Shown: piece by piece, positions 18,336-28,058 of the stretch
Layout: each line of letters starts with the position of its first letter
How positions within the stretch are numbered: position 1 is the first letter of the stretch
NCBI GenBank assembly: GCA_040773245.1
Contig: JAXGWO010000012.1
Coordinates: 5,292-69,291 of the forward strand
Direction: 5' to 3'
From: PVC group bacterium
Lineage (GTDB): Bacteria > Auribacterota > Erginobacteria > Erginobacterales > Erginobacteraceae
Length of the DNA: 64,000 nt
Notes under the pieces: generated by a model
What the model was told of the DNA's origin: nothing
What the model saw: the letters and a program-made list of their open reading frames with translations, nothing else
Database searches by the model: none
Program-made: the position numbers and the translations under genes

Positions 18336-20201
18336 ATGCACGGATACGCGGGAAAGTATTTGCGGATCAACCTGACCGACGGAACGATCAAGAAGAAGGA
18401 TCTTCCCGAACGCTGGATCGAATACATCGGGGGGACCGGCTTCTGCGCCCGGATCCTCTGGGACGAGCTGAAGGCCGGGACCGAACCCCTCTCGCCCGGG
18501 AACATCCTGATCCTGGCCACCGGGCCGACCACCGGGACACTCTTCCCCCAGTCCGGCCGCTATATGATGGCCGCCCGGTCGCCCCTGACCGGCGCCTGGG
18601 CCGAGGCCCACTGCGGCGGGCACCTGGGGCCGGAACTGAAGTACGCCGGCTATGACCTGATCGTCTTCGAGGGGAGGGCGGCGAAGCCGGTCTATCTCCT
18701 GATCGACGACGATCGGGTCGAGCTTCTCGACGCCGGGGAAATCTGGGGTCTGACGGTCAACGAGACCACCGATATCCTCCGGGAGAAGCACTCCCTGGAA
18801 CGGGTGGCCTGCATCGGCCCGGCCGGGGAGAAGCTGGTCCGGTTCGCCGCCGTGATGACCGACAAGCACCGGGCCTTCGGCCGCTCCGGCCTGGGGGCGG
18901 TGATGGGGTCGAAGAACCTCAAGGCCATCGCCATCCGGGGAACGAAAGACATCACCGCCGCCGCCCCGAAGAAGCTGGGTGAACTCTTCCAGGAGTCAAA
19001 GTACCGCTTCCTCGAGGGCCCCGACTCCGAGGGCTGCCTCTCCCTGCGGGAGTTCGGCTCCGCCGGCCTGGTCGAGATCGAGAACGAGATCGGCCGGCTC
19101 CCGACCCGGAACCACAAGAAGGGGGTCTTCGATCTGGTGGAAAGGGTCGGCTCGAAGCGGATCCGGGACGAGTTCCGGGTGGCCAAGAACTCCTGCTTCA
19201 ACTGCAAGATCCAGTGCAAGCTGGTCACCTTCTCCAAGAAGCACAACAACATCGGCGAGGGCCCGGAGTACGAGACGGTGGTCTCCCTGGGGACCGGCTG
19301 CCTCAACTCCGACCTCGACGACCTGATCTACGCCAACCACCTCTGCAACGACCTGGGGATGGACACCATCTCCTGCGGCTCGGCGATCGGCTTCGCGATG
19401 GAGTGCTCGGAGCACGGCCTGATCGAGGACAAGCTCGACTGGGCCGACGGGGAGAAGGTGGTGGAGATGGTGAAGGCGATCGCCTACCGCGAGGGTCTGG
19501 GGGACCTCCTGGCCGAGGGGGTGAAGCGGGCGGCGAAGCGGATCGGGGGCGGGGCGGAGAAGTTCGCGATGCACGTCAAGGGGCAGGAGATCTCCGGACA
19601 GGACGGCCGGGCCCACCGCTCCGGCGGCCTGACCCACGCCACCTCGGTCCGGGGGGCCGACCACCTCCGGGGCCTCTCGGTGATCGACGAGATCGGCTAC
19701 CCCGAGGTCGGCCGCCGCCGCTACGGCGAGGACAAGCTCAAGGACGCCCTCGACCGGCACTCCGAGACCTTCAAGGGGCAGATGGTCTTCGACGTCGAGC
19801 ACTTCTACGCCGTGGTCGACTCCCTGATCCTCTGCAAGTACGGGACGATGTACCCGCTCTGCTACTACTACCCCGACATCCCCGACATCCTGACCAGCCT
19901 GACCGGCTTGGAGCAATTCGATAGCCAGGAAAAACTGGAGCGGATCGGGAAGCGGATCTGCGTCCTGAGACGCGCCTTCAATCAAAGGGAAGGGCTGGAC
20001 CGGAAGGACGACACCCTTCCCGGCCGGTTCCTCAAGGAGCCGGAGGACGAGGGGCCGGCCCAGGGCCAGGTGGTCCACCTCGACGTGATGCTCGACGATT
20101 ACTACCGGCTCTGGGGCTACGACGGGAACGGGCTGATCCGACCCGAGACGCTCGACGAGCTGGGGTTGGAGGATGTGAGACGGGAACTGTATGGAAAGTA
20201 G
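18336..20201 (+). CDS. Tungsten-dependent aldehyde:ferredoxin oxidoreductase family protein (AOR/WOR) 2
   Basis: GKYLRINLT, RSPLTG, GRSGLGAVMGSKNLKAI, CFNCKIQC, GPEYET, GMDTIS. Confidence 0.93.
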   Translation: MHGYAGKYLRINLTDGTIKKKDLPERWIEYIGGTGFCARILWDELKAGTEPLSPGNILILATGPTTGTLFPQSGRYMMAARSPLTGAWAEAHCGGHLGPELKYAGYDLIVFEGRAAKPVYLLIDDDRVELLDAGEIWGLTVNETTDILREKHSLERVACIGPAGEKLVRFAAVMTDKHRAFGRSGLGAVMGSKNLKAIAIRGTKDITAAAPKKLGELFQESKYRFLEGPDSEGCLSLREFGSAGLVEIENEIGRLPTRNHKKGVFDLVERVGSKRIRDEFRVAKNSCFNCKIQCKLVTFSKKHNNIGEGPEYETVVSLGTGCLNSDLDDLIYANHLCNDLGMDTISCGSAIGFAMECSEHGLIEDKLDWADGEKVVEMVKAIAYREGLGDLLAEGVKRAAKRIGGGAEKFAMHVKGQEISGQDGRAHRSGGLTHATSVRGADHLRGLSVIDEIGYPEVGRRRYGEDKLKDALDRHSETFKGQMVFDVEHFYAVVDSLILCKYGTMYPLCYYYPDIPDILTSLTGLEQFDSQEKLERIGKRICVLRRAFNQREGLDRKDDTLPGRFLKEPEDEGPAQGQVVHLDVMLDDYYRLWGYDGNGLIRPETLDELGLEDVRRELYGK

Positions 20202-20276
20202 AATTCAGGAGACAGAATTCAGAATCCAGAATGGCAATGCCTCGGAGTTTATTCTGACTTCTGAATTCTGCCTTCT
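20201..20276. repeat. Inverted CAGAATT/ATTCTGA heptamer arrays
   Basis: gaattcaggagacagaattcagaatccagaat ... attctgacttctgaattctgccttct, directly after the AOR2 stop. Confidence 0.7.
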
Positions 20277-20313
20277 CACCCCGAGCCACTAAATAAATTT
20301 GGAGTTCTATACA

Positions 20314-20697
20314 ATGAAACATCTTGTCCACAAGAGCGACATCTGTTCCGGCTGCCAGAGCTGCCAGATGATCTGCGCCTTCACCTACTTCAAGGTCAAC
20401 AACCCGAAGAAGGCCCGGCTGGCGATCACCCGGGTTTCCGACACGGAGACCCGGATGAGTGTTTGCGTCCAGTGTGCCGGGAGGCCCTGCCTCAAGGCCT
20501 GCCCGGAAGGGGCGATCGCCGAGAAGAACGGCGCGGTCCGGATCAATTCCAAGAAATGTACCGGCTGCGGCCTCTGCGTCCCGGTCTGCCCCTATGGAGG
20601 GATCAAAATTCACCGGGATACCGGGGCGATCATCTGCCTCCAGTGCGGGATCTGCGTCGAGGCCTGCCCGGTCGGCGCCCTGGAGATGGTCGATTAA
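20314..20697 (+). CDS. 4Fe-4S multicluster ferredoxin-like subunit, probable AOR partner
   Basis: CSGCQSCQMIC, CVQC...CLKAC, CTGCGLCVPVC, CLQCGICVEAC. Confidence 0.9.
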   Translation: MKHLVHKSDICSGCQSCQMICAFTYFKVNNPKKARLAITRVSDTETRMSVCVQCAGRPCLKACPEGAIAEKNGAVRINSKKCTGCGLCVPVCPYGGIKIHRDTGAIICLQCGICVEACPVGALEMVD

Positions 20698-20740
20698 GGG
20701 ATGAACCGCAAAGAACGCAAAGGGCGCCGATAAATTTAAG

Positions 20741-21343
20741 TTGAAGATTCTGGCGATTATGGGGAGCCCCCGGAAGGGGGGGAATACCGAGATCCTGCTG
20801 GATGCTTTCCTGGAAGGGGTGAAGGAGCGAGGCGCGAGCTGGGATAAGATATCGGTCGGCGACCTGGAGATCTCGCCCTGCCTCGAGTGCCTGGACTGCG
20901 AGACCGCCGGGGAGTGCGTGATCAAGGACGGGATGGAGGCGGTCTACCGGAAGCTGCTGGCGGCCGACCGGCTCGTGATCGCTTCCCCGATCTTCTTTTA
21001 CGGCCTCCCCGCCCAGCTCAAGGCCCTGATCGACCGGGGACAGGCGCTCTGGTACCGGGAGCAGGGGGAGGGGGAGACGGCGAAGAAGGGGTTCGCCCTC
21101 CTGCTCGGGGCAACCCGGGGGAAGAACCTCTTTGCCGGTGCTCTCCTCACCATACGGTATTTTCTGAAGACCCTCCCGGCGGAGTTAGAGGGGTCGCTGG
21201 TTTACCGGGAGATCGAGGAGAAGGGGGAGATCGCCTCCCATCCCGCGGCTCTTGGCGAGGCCCGGGCGGCCGGGCGGGCCTTCGCGGCGCCCGGGGGTCC
21301 GAGTAAGAGAACGAGTACGGATACGAGTACGATTTCATTATGA
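20741..21343 (+). CDS. Iron-sulfur flavoprotein / flavodoxin family protein
   Basis: GSPRKGGNT, CLECLDC...C, ASPIFF, KALIDR. Confidence 0.88.
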   Translation: MKILAIMGSPRKGGNTEILLDAFLEGVKERGASWDKISVGDLEISPCLECLDCETAGECVIKDGMEAVYRKLLAADRLVIASPIFFYGLPAQLKALIDRGQALWYREQGEGETAKKGFALLLGATRGKNLFAGALLTIRYFLKTLPAELEGSLVYREIEEKGEIASHPAALGEARAAGRAFAAPGGPSKRTSTDTSTISL

Positions 21344-21804
21344 AGATCGATAAGAATATGGAGCGGCTGTTGACCCGGCAGAACGTGGTGGTGGTGGGGT
21401 CGGTCAACCCGGACGGGTCCCCCAACCTCTCCCTGAAGGGACTGCTCCGGGTCGATCCAAAGGAAGGGATCATCTATTTCTGCGATCTCTACCGGAAGAA
21501 GAGCAGCCGGAACCTGAAGCGGAATCCGGCGGTCTCGATCCTGGTCTTCAGCATCGAGGAGTTCAGCGGCTACCAGTTCACCGGGACGGCGGAGCTGATC
21601 GAGTCGGGCCCGCTCTTCGAGGAGATGTCGGATGAGTGGTCCCGCAAGAAGAGCCGTCTGCTCGGCCGGAGGATCAGCAAGAACGTCCGGAAGGGGTTTT
21701 CCCACGGCCGGTCGGAACTGCATCTCCCCCCGCCCCGGTCCGTGGTCCGGGTGCGGGTGGAGCGGATTTACGATCTCTCCCCCGCCCATCTGAGGGCCAA
21801 GTGA
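21340..21804 (+). CDS. Pyridoxamine 5'-phosphate oxidase-like FMN-binding protein
   Basis: GSVNPDGSPNLSLK, NLKRNPAV, GYQFTGTA, VERIYDL. Confidence 0.8.
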   Translation: MKIDKNMERLLTRQNVVVVGSVNPDGSPNLSLKGLLRVDPKEGIIYFCDLYRKKSSRNLKRNPAVSILVFSIEEFSGYQFTGTAELIESGPLFEEMSDEWSRKKSRLLGRRISKNVRKGFSHGRSELHLPPPRSVVRVRVERIYDLSPAHLRAK

Positions 21805-22529
21805 TGACCTACCAGCGGCTGCAGGATTACTTCTCCAACCTGATCCGGAGAGAGGGACTGGCGGAGGAAGACGTGCTGGTCCGGGCCCGGCCCCTGTCCG
21901 CCGAGGAGGCGATCGGGACCCCGAAGGACGGCGACTATCCGCTGCTCAAGGGCCGGGAGCGGCTGATGGAGGCCAGTTTTCGGACCGCGAAGGGCCAGGC
22001 CTACGCCGATCTCTTCGGGAACTACGAGGGGTCCCTGGGCGAGATCGCCGGCCTGAAACTGACCGACAATTTCCGGCGGGCGGTCTTCGTCTCCTCGCTC
22101 AACGCCGTGATGCGCTTCCTCGGCCTGATCGAGGGGACGGTCCACTGCCGCGACCGGGAGCCGGAGGAGTGCGCCCGCGCCCTCGGGGAGTACCTCTCGG
22201 GGGAGTTCGGGGAGCCCGAGCGGGTGGCCCTGGTCGGTCACCAGCCCCGCCTCCTGGAGGCCCTGGCCGGACGTTGCCGGGTCCGGGCGGTCGATCTCGA
22301 CCCGGAGAACATCGGCCGGACCCGCTCCGGGGTCACGATCGAGCCGCCCGAGGATATCGGGGAATTGATCGAGTGGGCGGAGCTCCTCCTGGTCACCGGG
22401 ACCACGGTCGTCAACGGGACGATCGAGCTCTTCCTCGGCCTGGACAAGCCGGTGGTCTTTTACGGGGTGACCATCGCCGGCCCGGCGGAGATCCTCAAAC
22501 TTCACCGTTTCTGCGCCCGCGGGCATTAG
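21804..22529 (+). CDS. DUF364-like Rossmann-fold protein
   Basis: EEAIGTP...DYPL, VALVG, LLVTGTTVVNGTI, FYGVTIAG. Confidence 0.7.
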   Translation: MTYQRLQDYFSNLIRREGLAEEDVLVRARPLSAEEAIGTPKDGDYPLLKGRERLMEASFRTAKGQAYADLFGNYEGSLGEIAGLKLTDNFRRAVFVSSLNAVMRFLGLIEGTVHCRDREPEECARALGEYLSGEFGEPERVALVGHQPRLLEALAGRCRVRAVDLDPENIGRTRSGVTIEPPEDIGELIEWAELLLVTGTTVVNGTIELFLGLDKPVVFYGVTIAGPAEILKLHRFCARGH

Positions 22530-22571
22530 TAGCACGGACATTCCGGCAGCGCAGAAATTCTTGTCTGTGCT
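22529..22571. repeat. Interrupted GTAG REP-like palindrome
   Basis: GTAGCACGGACATTCC ... ATTCTTGTCTGTGCT, related to 1298-1325. Confidence 0.55.
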
Positions 22572-22601
22572 CCTGTCAGAAGACGGTGATATGATCCGGT
22601 T

Positions 22602-23528
22602 ATGAACCAGGACCTTTATGACGTGATCATCGTCGGCGGCGGCCCGGCCGGCCTGACCGCCGGGATCTATACCGGCCGGGAGCAGCTGACCACCCTGCTC
22701 CTGGAAAAGGGACTCTGCGGGGGCTGGCCCAACCTCACCGGGACGATCGAGAACTACCCCGGCTTCCCGGAAGGGATCGGCGGGATGGACCTGGCCGCCC
22801 GGTTCAAGGCCCAGGCCGAGAGGTTCGGGGTCGAGATCCGGGAGTTCGAGGAGGTCCTCAGGATTGTTCCGGCCGGGGAGGTTATCCGGGTGGAGACCGG
22901 GAAGGGCCAGTACCGTTCCCGATCCCTGATCGCCGCCCCCGGCAGTCGCACCCGTCCCCTGGGCGTCCCGGGGGAGAAGGAGCTGCTGGGCAAAGGGGTC
23001 TCCTACTGCGCGACCTGCGACGGGCCTCTCTACCGGGATAAGGAGGTGGCGGTGGTGGGGGGCGGGAACGCCGCCCTCGAGGAGGCGCTCTTCCTGACCC
23101 GTTTCGCCTCCCGGGTCCACCTGGTCCACCGCCGGGACCGGTTCCGGGGGGAGAAGTACGTGGTCGGGGAACTGGAGAAGACCGGGAAGGTCAGCTTCGT
23201 GATGGAATCGATCCCGGTCTCGATCGACGGGCGGGAGGCGGTGGAGTCGCTGACGGTGAAGAACCGGAATGACGGGAGGGAGGAGAAGCTCCCGGTCGAG
23301 GGGGTCTTCATCTTCGTCGGGGTGGAACCGAACACCGCCTGGCTGAAAGGGGCGGTGGAACTGGATGAGCAGGGTTTCATCCTTACCGACCAGGCGATGA
23401 GAACCTCTCTCCCTGCCGTCTTCGCTGCCGGCGACGCCCGCTCGGGCAACGTCCGCCAGGTCTCCGCCGCCTGCGGCGAGGGGACGGCGGCCGCCCTGGG
23501 GGTCCGCGGGTTCCTGGTCGAATACTGA
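22602..23528 (+). CDS. trxB: Thioredoxin-disulfide reductase
   Basis: [39 protein letters not shown]. Confidence 0.93.
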   Translation: MNQDLYDVIIVGGGPAGLTAGIYTGREQLTTLLLEKGLCGGWPNLTGTIENYPGFPEGIGGMDLAARFKAQAERFGVEIREFEEVLRIVPAGEVIRVETGKGQYRSRSLIAAPGSRTRPLGVPGEKELLGKGVSYCATCDGPLYRDKEVAVVGGGNAALEEALFLTRFASRVHLVHRRDRFRGEKYVVGELEKTGKVSFVMESIPVSIDGREAVESLTVKNRNDGREEKLPVEGVFIFVGVEPNTAWLKGAVELDEQGFILTDQAMRTSLPAVFAAGDARSGNVRQVSAACGEGTAAALGVRGFLVEY

Positions 23529-23545
23529 AAGGGAGGGGATGGGCG

Positions 23546-23779
23546 ATGCCGATCTACAGCTACCGTTGCCGCGGCTGCGGGGAGGTCTTCGACCTCCTCG
23601 AAGGGGTCTCCGCGGAGAAAACCCGGAGGATCTGTCCGCGCTGCTCCTCCCGCTCCCTGGAGAAGATCCACGCCGCCTTCAATGTCGGACCGGCCGCGAA
23701 GAACCGGCACCCCGAAACGTCCTGTCCGACCTGCCCGGCCGGGCCGGCCGGCTGCTCCGGGGGGGTCTGCCCTTATTGA
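23546..23779 (+). CDS. FmdB-family zinc-ribbon protein
   Basis: [12 protein letters not shown]...CPRC plus Cys-rich tail. Confidence 0.85.
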   Translation: MPIYSYRCRGCGEVFDLLEGVSAEKTRRICPRCSSRSLEKIHAAFNVGPAAKNRHPETSCPTCPAGPAGCSGGVCPY

Positions 23780-23825
23780 GTGAAAACCGGCCGCTGGCGC
23801 AAGATTTGCTGCCGGGAGGACAACT

Positions 23826-23863
23826 TGGTTATTGGATATTCCTTGTCGGCTGTTGGATATTGA
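23826..23863. repeat. TTGGATA-type heptamer repeat arm
   Basis: ttggttattggatattccttgtcggctgttggatattga; related to the reverse complement of 48344-48376. Confidence 0.55.
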
Positions 23864-23910
23864 ACAAACAAACTCTAAGTTTTAAAGAACCAGAACCCGG
23901 AGAGCAAAAA

Positions 23911-24234
23911 ATGGAAATCATCGTTACCGATGCCAACTTTGAAACCGAGGTCATTCAATCCGACCTCCCGGTCCTGGTCGATTTCTGGGCCCCCTGGTGC
24001 GGCCCCTGCCGGATGATCGCCCCGGCGGTCGCCGCCCTGGCCGAGGAGTACGCGGGGAAGCTCAAGGTCTGCAAGGTCAATGTCGATGATACCCCCGGGG
24101 CCGCCGCCCGCTACAACATCCGGGGGATCCCGACCCTGATGGTCTTCAAGGGAGGGAAGGCGGTGGACCAGGTGGTCGGGGTGGTGCCGAAGGAAGCCCT
24201 GGAGGGGAAGATCTCCCCGCACCTGGGAGGATAA
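23911..24234 (+). CDS. trxA: Thioredoxin
   Basis: [16 protein letters not shown]; start corrected to ATG 23911. Confidence 0.95.
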   Translation: MEIIVTDANFETEVIQSDLPVLVDFWAPWCGPCRMIAPAVAALAEEYAGKLKVCKVNVDDTPGAAARYNIRGIPTLMVFKGGKAVDQVVGVVPKEALEGKISPHLGG

Positions 24235-24238
24235 GACA

Positions 24239-24538
24239 ATGGCGATGCTGGAGATCAGCGTGGTCCCGGTCGGGACCTCTTCCCCCTCGGTGAGCCGTTT
24301 CGTGGCCGGGGCGCTCCAGGCCCTGAAGAGCGTCCGGGGGGTCAGGTACGAGCTGACCCCGATGGGGACGGTGATCGAGGGCGAACTCGACGCCCTCCTC
24401 GACTGCGCGAAGAAGATGCACCTCTCCGCCTTCGGCCCGGGGGTGCAGCGGGTGGTGACCACGATCAAGCTCGACGACCGCACCGACAAACCCCTGACGA
24501 TGGCGGGGAAGATCAGCTCGGTCCGGCGGAAGCTATGA
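24239..24538 (+). CDS. MTH1187/YkoF-family thiamine-binding protein
   Basis: EISVVPVGT..SVS, LTPMGTVIEG, RVVTTIKLDDRTDK. Confidence 0.85.
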   Translation: MAMLEISVVPVGTSSPSVSRFVAGALQALKSVRGVRYELTPMGTVIEGELDALLDCAKKMHLSAFGPGVQRVVTTIKLDDRTDKPLTMAGKISSVRRKL

Positions 24539-25482
24539 AGAGGATATTCGGCCCGGTTCCTTCCCGCCGGCTCGGGTTCTCCCTCGGCGTGGACCTGGTC
24601 CCCTTCAAGACCTGCACCCTGGACTGCGTTTACTGCCAGCTGGGCTCGACCGGGAAGACCACGCTCCGGAGGGGGGAGTACGCCCCGCTGGACGAAGTCC
24701 TGGCGGAACTGGCGGAGAAGCTGGGGGAGGGGGGAAGGATCGACTGGATCACCCTCTCCGGCTCGGGCGAGCCGACCCTGCACAGCGGGATCGGCCGCCT
24801 GATCCCGGAGATCAGGAAGCTCTCCCCGATCCCGGTGGCGGTCCTGACCAACGGGACCCTCCTCGGCCTGGCGGAGGTGAGGGAAGCCCTGGCCGCCGCC
24901 GACCTGGTCGTTCCCAGTCTCGATGCTGGGACCGAGGAAGTATTCCGGAAGATCAACCGTCCCCACCGGGAGCTCGTCCTCGACGGCCTGACCGAAGGCC
25001 TCGCCGCCTTCACCGCCGGGTTCCCCGGGCGGGTCTGGCTGGAGGTGATGCTCCTCCCCGGGGTCAACGACTCCGACTCCGAACTGGAAGCGATCGCCGG
25101 ACGGATCAGGTTGATCCGGTCGGAGAAGGTCCAGCTCAACACCGCGGTCCGGCCGGGGGCCGAGGCGGGGGTGGAAGCGCTTTCTCCCGAGGGACTGGAG
25201 AGGGTCCGGGACTTCCTGGCTTCCCTGGTTTCCCCGATCCCGGTCGAGGTGGTGGCCGGTTTCTCCGGCCACCGCGCCGCGGCGGCCGACCGTGACCTCC
25301 TTACTGCCATCCACGATTACCTCCAGCGCCGCCCGGCCACCGTGGAGGACCTGGCCGCCGTCTTCGGCGTCCACCGCCACCAGGCCATCAAGTATCTCGG
25401 CCACCTGAAGGACGCGGGGAAGATCCACGAGGTCTCTTCCGGCGGCAAGAGGTTCTTCGCCGCTGCGGTAACTACTGATTGA
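24535..25482 (+). CDS. Radical SAM protein (COG0731-like, function unknown) with C-terminal HTH-like extension
   Basis: FGPVPSRRLGFSLG, CTLDCVYC, SGSGEPTL, TNGTL. Confidence 0.88.
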   Translation: MKRIFGPVPSRRLGFSLGVDLVPFKTCTLDCVYCQLGSTGKTTLRRGEYAPLDEVLAELAEKLGEGGRIDWITLSGSGEPTLHSGIGRLIPEIRKLSPIPVAVLTNGTLLGLAEVREALAAADLVVPSLDAGTEEVFRKINRPHRELVLDGLTEGLAAFTAGFPGRVWLEVMLLPGVNDSDSELEAIAGRIRLIRSEKVQLNTAVRPGAEAGVEALSPEGLERVRDFLASLVSPIPVEVVAGFSGHRAAAADRDLLTAIHDYLQRRPATVEDLAAVFGVHRHQAIKYLGHLKDAGKIHEVSSGGKRFFAAAVTTD

Positions 25483-25501
25483 GCGAAAAGGAGGCAGATT
25501 G

Positions 25502-26227
25502 ATGAAACTGTCAGCAGTTGTTTCGGTCGTGGGGGCGGTGTTGTTGCTTCTCGGGTGCGCTTCCGGCAAGGGGCCCGAACCGGCGGCGGCCGCTCCGCCC
25601 CCGGGAGGGGATTTCCGGGGGGCGGTCTGGGGGATGGGGATGGAGGAGGTCGAGGGGACCCTGGAGGATGCCGGAGCCGTCATCTCGCGTGCGCCCGATG
25701 AGCTGGTCTGCCGGGATACCCTGCTCAAGAAGTTCCCGGCCGAGGCGGTCTACTACTTCACCGACGGGAAGCTGAGAAGAGGCGCCTACCGGGTCGGCGG
25801 CCCGGAAAGCATCATCGAATACACGATCTTCCGGCTGGTCCTGGCCCGGAAGTACGGCCCGGTCCACAGCGAGGCCGCGGCCCCGGAGGTCATCGAGGCG
25901 GTCTGGTTGACCCCGAGGACCGAGATCGACCTCGCCGGTTCCGGTTCCGGCCTCGAGGGCTACGCCTTCCTTTACCCGGAGCGGGGCCGCTCGGGCCGGC
26001 TGGCGAAGATCGAGGTCAACTACTACGACCGGGGGTGGTTCGCCCGCGACCGAAAGCGGACCGCGAAGGAGGAGGTCTCGGCCCGCGAGAGCGAGGACCT
26101 CTACCGGAAGCTGATCGGGGACTGGGTCCGGGTCTACCCCTCCTACCGGGACTATATGGAGGGGGCGATGATGTTCCAGCCGGGCGAGACCTACGTCTAC
26201 GACCCGGAGTATTACGACGACTTCTGA
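25502..26227 (+). CDS. Hypothetical lipoprotein
   Basis: Lipobox LLGC; DFRGAVWGM motif; AAGGAGG RBS. Confidence 0.65.
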   Translation: MKLSAVVSVVGAVLLLLGCASGKGPEPAAAAPPPGGDFRGAVWGMGMEEVEGTLEDAGAVISRAPDELVCRDTLLKKFPAEAVYYFTDGKLRRGAYRVGGPESIIEYTIFRLVLARKYGPVHSEAAAPEVIEAVWLTPRTEIDLAGSGSGLEGYAFLYPERGRSGRLAKIEVNYYDRGWFARDRKRTAKEEVSARESEDLYRKLIGDWVRVYPSYRDYMEGAMMFQPGETYVYDPEYYDDF

Positions 26228-26244
26228 GCGGCCCGTCCGGATAT

Positions 26245-26991
26245 ATGAAGAAGGAGATCGCCGGTTTCGGGCTGATCATCGTCGGCAGCGAGATCCTCGA
26301 CGGGCGGGTCCGTGACCGGCACCTCGAGAACGCCCGCGCCGCCCTTGACCGGCGGCGCCTTCCTCTTGGCTATGTTCTGGTCCTCCCCGACGACCCGGTT
26401 ATGCTCCGGGAGCAGCTGAAGTGGGCGATGGCCCGGGGGGAGCCGTTCTTCTGCTGCGGCGGGATCGGCGCCACCCCGGACGACCACACCCGCCGCTGCG
26501 CCGCTCAAGCCGCCGGGGTCGGCCTGGAGCCGCACCCGGAAGCGACGGCGATCCTCTCGGCCCGCTTTGGGCCCCGCGCCACCCCCCACCGGCTGAAGAT
26601 GGCTGAGTTCCCGGCCGGCTCTCGGATGGTCCCCAACCCCTACAACCAGGTCCCCGGTTTCGCGATCGCCAACGGCTACTTCCTCCCCGGCTTCCCCGAG
26701 ATGGCGGGGCCGATGATGGAGTGGGTCCTCGACCGGCATTACCTCCCCGGTCCCGAGCGGACAGCCCGCTCCCTGGTGATCCCCGAAGGGCGGGAGGCCG
26801 ACCTGGCCGGCCTGATGGAGGAGTTCATTGCCGTCTTCCCCGGTCTTGCTTTTTCCAGCCTCCCCCGGATCGTCGAGGGGGGCTGGGACGTCGTCCTCGG
26901 GGTCTCCGGCCCGCCGGGGGCGGTGGAGGAGGGGGTGGGGTGGTGGCGGGAAAGGCTGCGCGCGGCCGGATGGAAGTTCGCGGAACAGTAA
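26245..26991 (+). CDS. CinA-like / molybdopterin-binding domain protein (COG1058)
   Basis: IIVGSEILDG, GGIGATPDDHT, LPGFP motifs. Confidence 0.85.
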   Translation: MKKEIAGFGLIIVGSEILDGRVRDRHLENARAALDRRRLPLGYVLVLPDDPVMLREQLKWAMARGEPFFCCGGIGATPDDHTRRCAAQAAGVGLEPHPEATAILSARFGPRATPHRLKMAEFPAGSRMVPNPYNQVPGFAIANGYFLPGFPEMAGPMMEWVLDRHYLPGPERTARSLVIPEGREADLAGLMEEFIAVFPGLAFSSLPRIVEGGWDVVLGVSGPPGAVEEGVGWWRERLRAAGWKFAEQ

Positions 26992-27036
26992 GCAGTGAGC
27001 AGATTGCAGGGCTGCTGACTGCTCACCGGCTACTGA
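26986..27036. repeat. Inverted CAGTAAG/CTGCTCA heptamer arms between convergent genes
   Basis: cagtaagcagtgagcag ... ctgctgactgctcaccggctactg; includes the upstream gene's TAA. Confidence 0.65.
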
Positions 27037-27043
27037 CCTCCGG

Positions 27044-28045
27044 TCAGTAGCCCTCCGGGTTCCCGGACTGCCAGCGCCAGGCGTCGAGGCACATCTCGTC
27101 GATCCCCCGGGTTGCCTTCCAGCCCAGCTCCCGTTCCGCCCGCGAGGGGTCGGCCCAGCACTCGGCGATGTCCCCCGGCCGCCTCTCGACGATCCGGTAG
27201 GGGATTCCCTTCCCCGCGGCCCGCTCAAAGGCGGCCACCATCTCCAGGACGCTGTTCCCGCGACCGGTGCCGAGGTTGTAAACCGCCACCCCGGGCGTGC
27301 TCTTCTCCAGGGCCGCCAGATGGCCGAGGGCCAGGTCGACCACGTGGATGTAGTCCCGCACCCCCGTCCCATCCCGGGTCGGCCAGTCGCCGCCGAAGAC
27401 GTTGAGCCGTTCGCGCCGACCGACGGCGACCTGGCTGATGAAGGGCAGGAGGTTGTTGGGGATCCCGTGCGGGTCCTCCCCGATCCGGCCCGAGGGGTGG
27501 GCGCCGACCGGGTTGAAGTAGCGCAGCAGGGTGATCTCCCAGTCCGGCTTTGCGGCCCCCAGGTCCTTCAGGATCTCCTCGATCATCAGCTTGGTCCGCC
27601 CGTAGGGGTTGGTCGGGCCGAGAGGGAAGTCCTCCCGGATCGGGACCGAGTCCGGGTCGCCGTAGACGGTGGCCGAAGAACTGAAGACGATCCTCTTCAC
27701 CCCGGTCTCCTCCATCGCCTGCAGGAGGCTGATCGTCCCGGTGACGTTGTTGCGGTAGTAGTCGAGCGGCCGGGCGACCGACTCGCCGACGGCTTTGAGG
27801 CCGGCGAAGTGGATCACCGCCTCGATCTCCCCCTCGGCCAGGACCTTCTTCAGTTCCGGGCAGTCGAGGAGATCGATCCGCTGGAACCCGGGGTACCTCC
27901 CGCTCAGTTCCGACACCCGGTGGAGGGCCTCCTCCTTGCTGTTGGAGAGGTTGTCAACCACCGTTACCGTGTGCCCGGCCCGGAGCAGTTCCAGGACGGT
28001 GTGGCTCCCGATGTATCCGGCCCCCCCGGTGACCAGTATATTCAT
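27044..28045 (-). CDS. galE: UDP-glucose 4-epimerase
   Basis: [44 protein letters not shown]. Confidence 0.97.
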   Translation of the reverse strand: MNILVTGGAGYIGSHTVLELLRAGHTVTVVDNLSNSKEEALHRVSELSGRYPGFQRIDLLDCPELKKVLAEGEIEAVIHFAGLKAVGESVARPLDYYRNNVTGTISLLQAMEETGVKRIVFSSSATVYGDPDSVPIREDFPLGPTNPYGRTKLMIEEILKDLGAAKPDWEITLLRYFNPVGAHPSGRIGEDPHGIPNNLLPFISQVAVGRRERLNVFGGDWPTRDGTGVRDYIHVVDLALGHLAALEKSTPGVAVYNLGTGRGNSVLEMVAAFERAAGKGIPYRIVERRPGDIAECWADPSRAERELGWKATRGIDEMCLDAWRWQSGNPEGY

Positions 28046-28058
28046 ATCCGAGATCCTC

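Noticed and set aside
10450-24538. Selenocysteine (TGA) read-through in the Mo/W and thioredoxin genes
   Set aside because: All proteins appear full-length with Cys at the expected sites; TGA stops fall at normal C-termini
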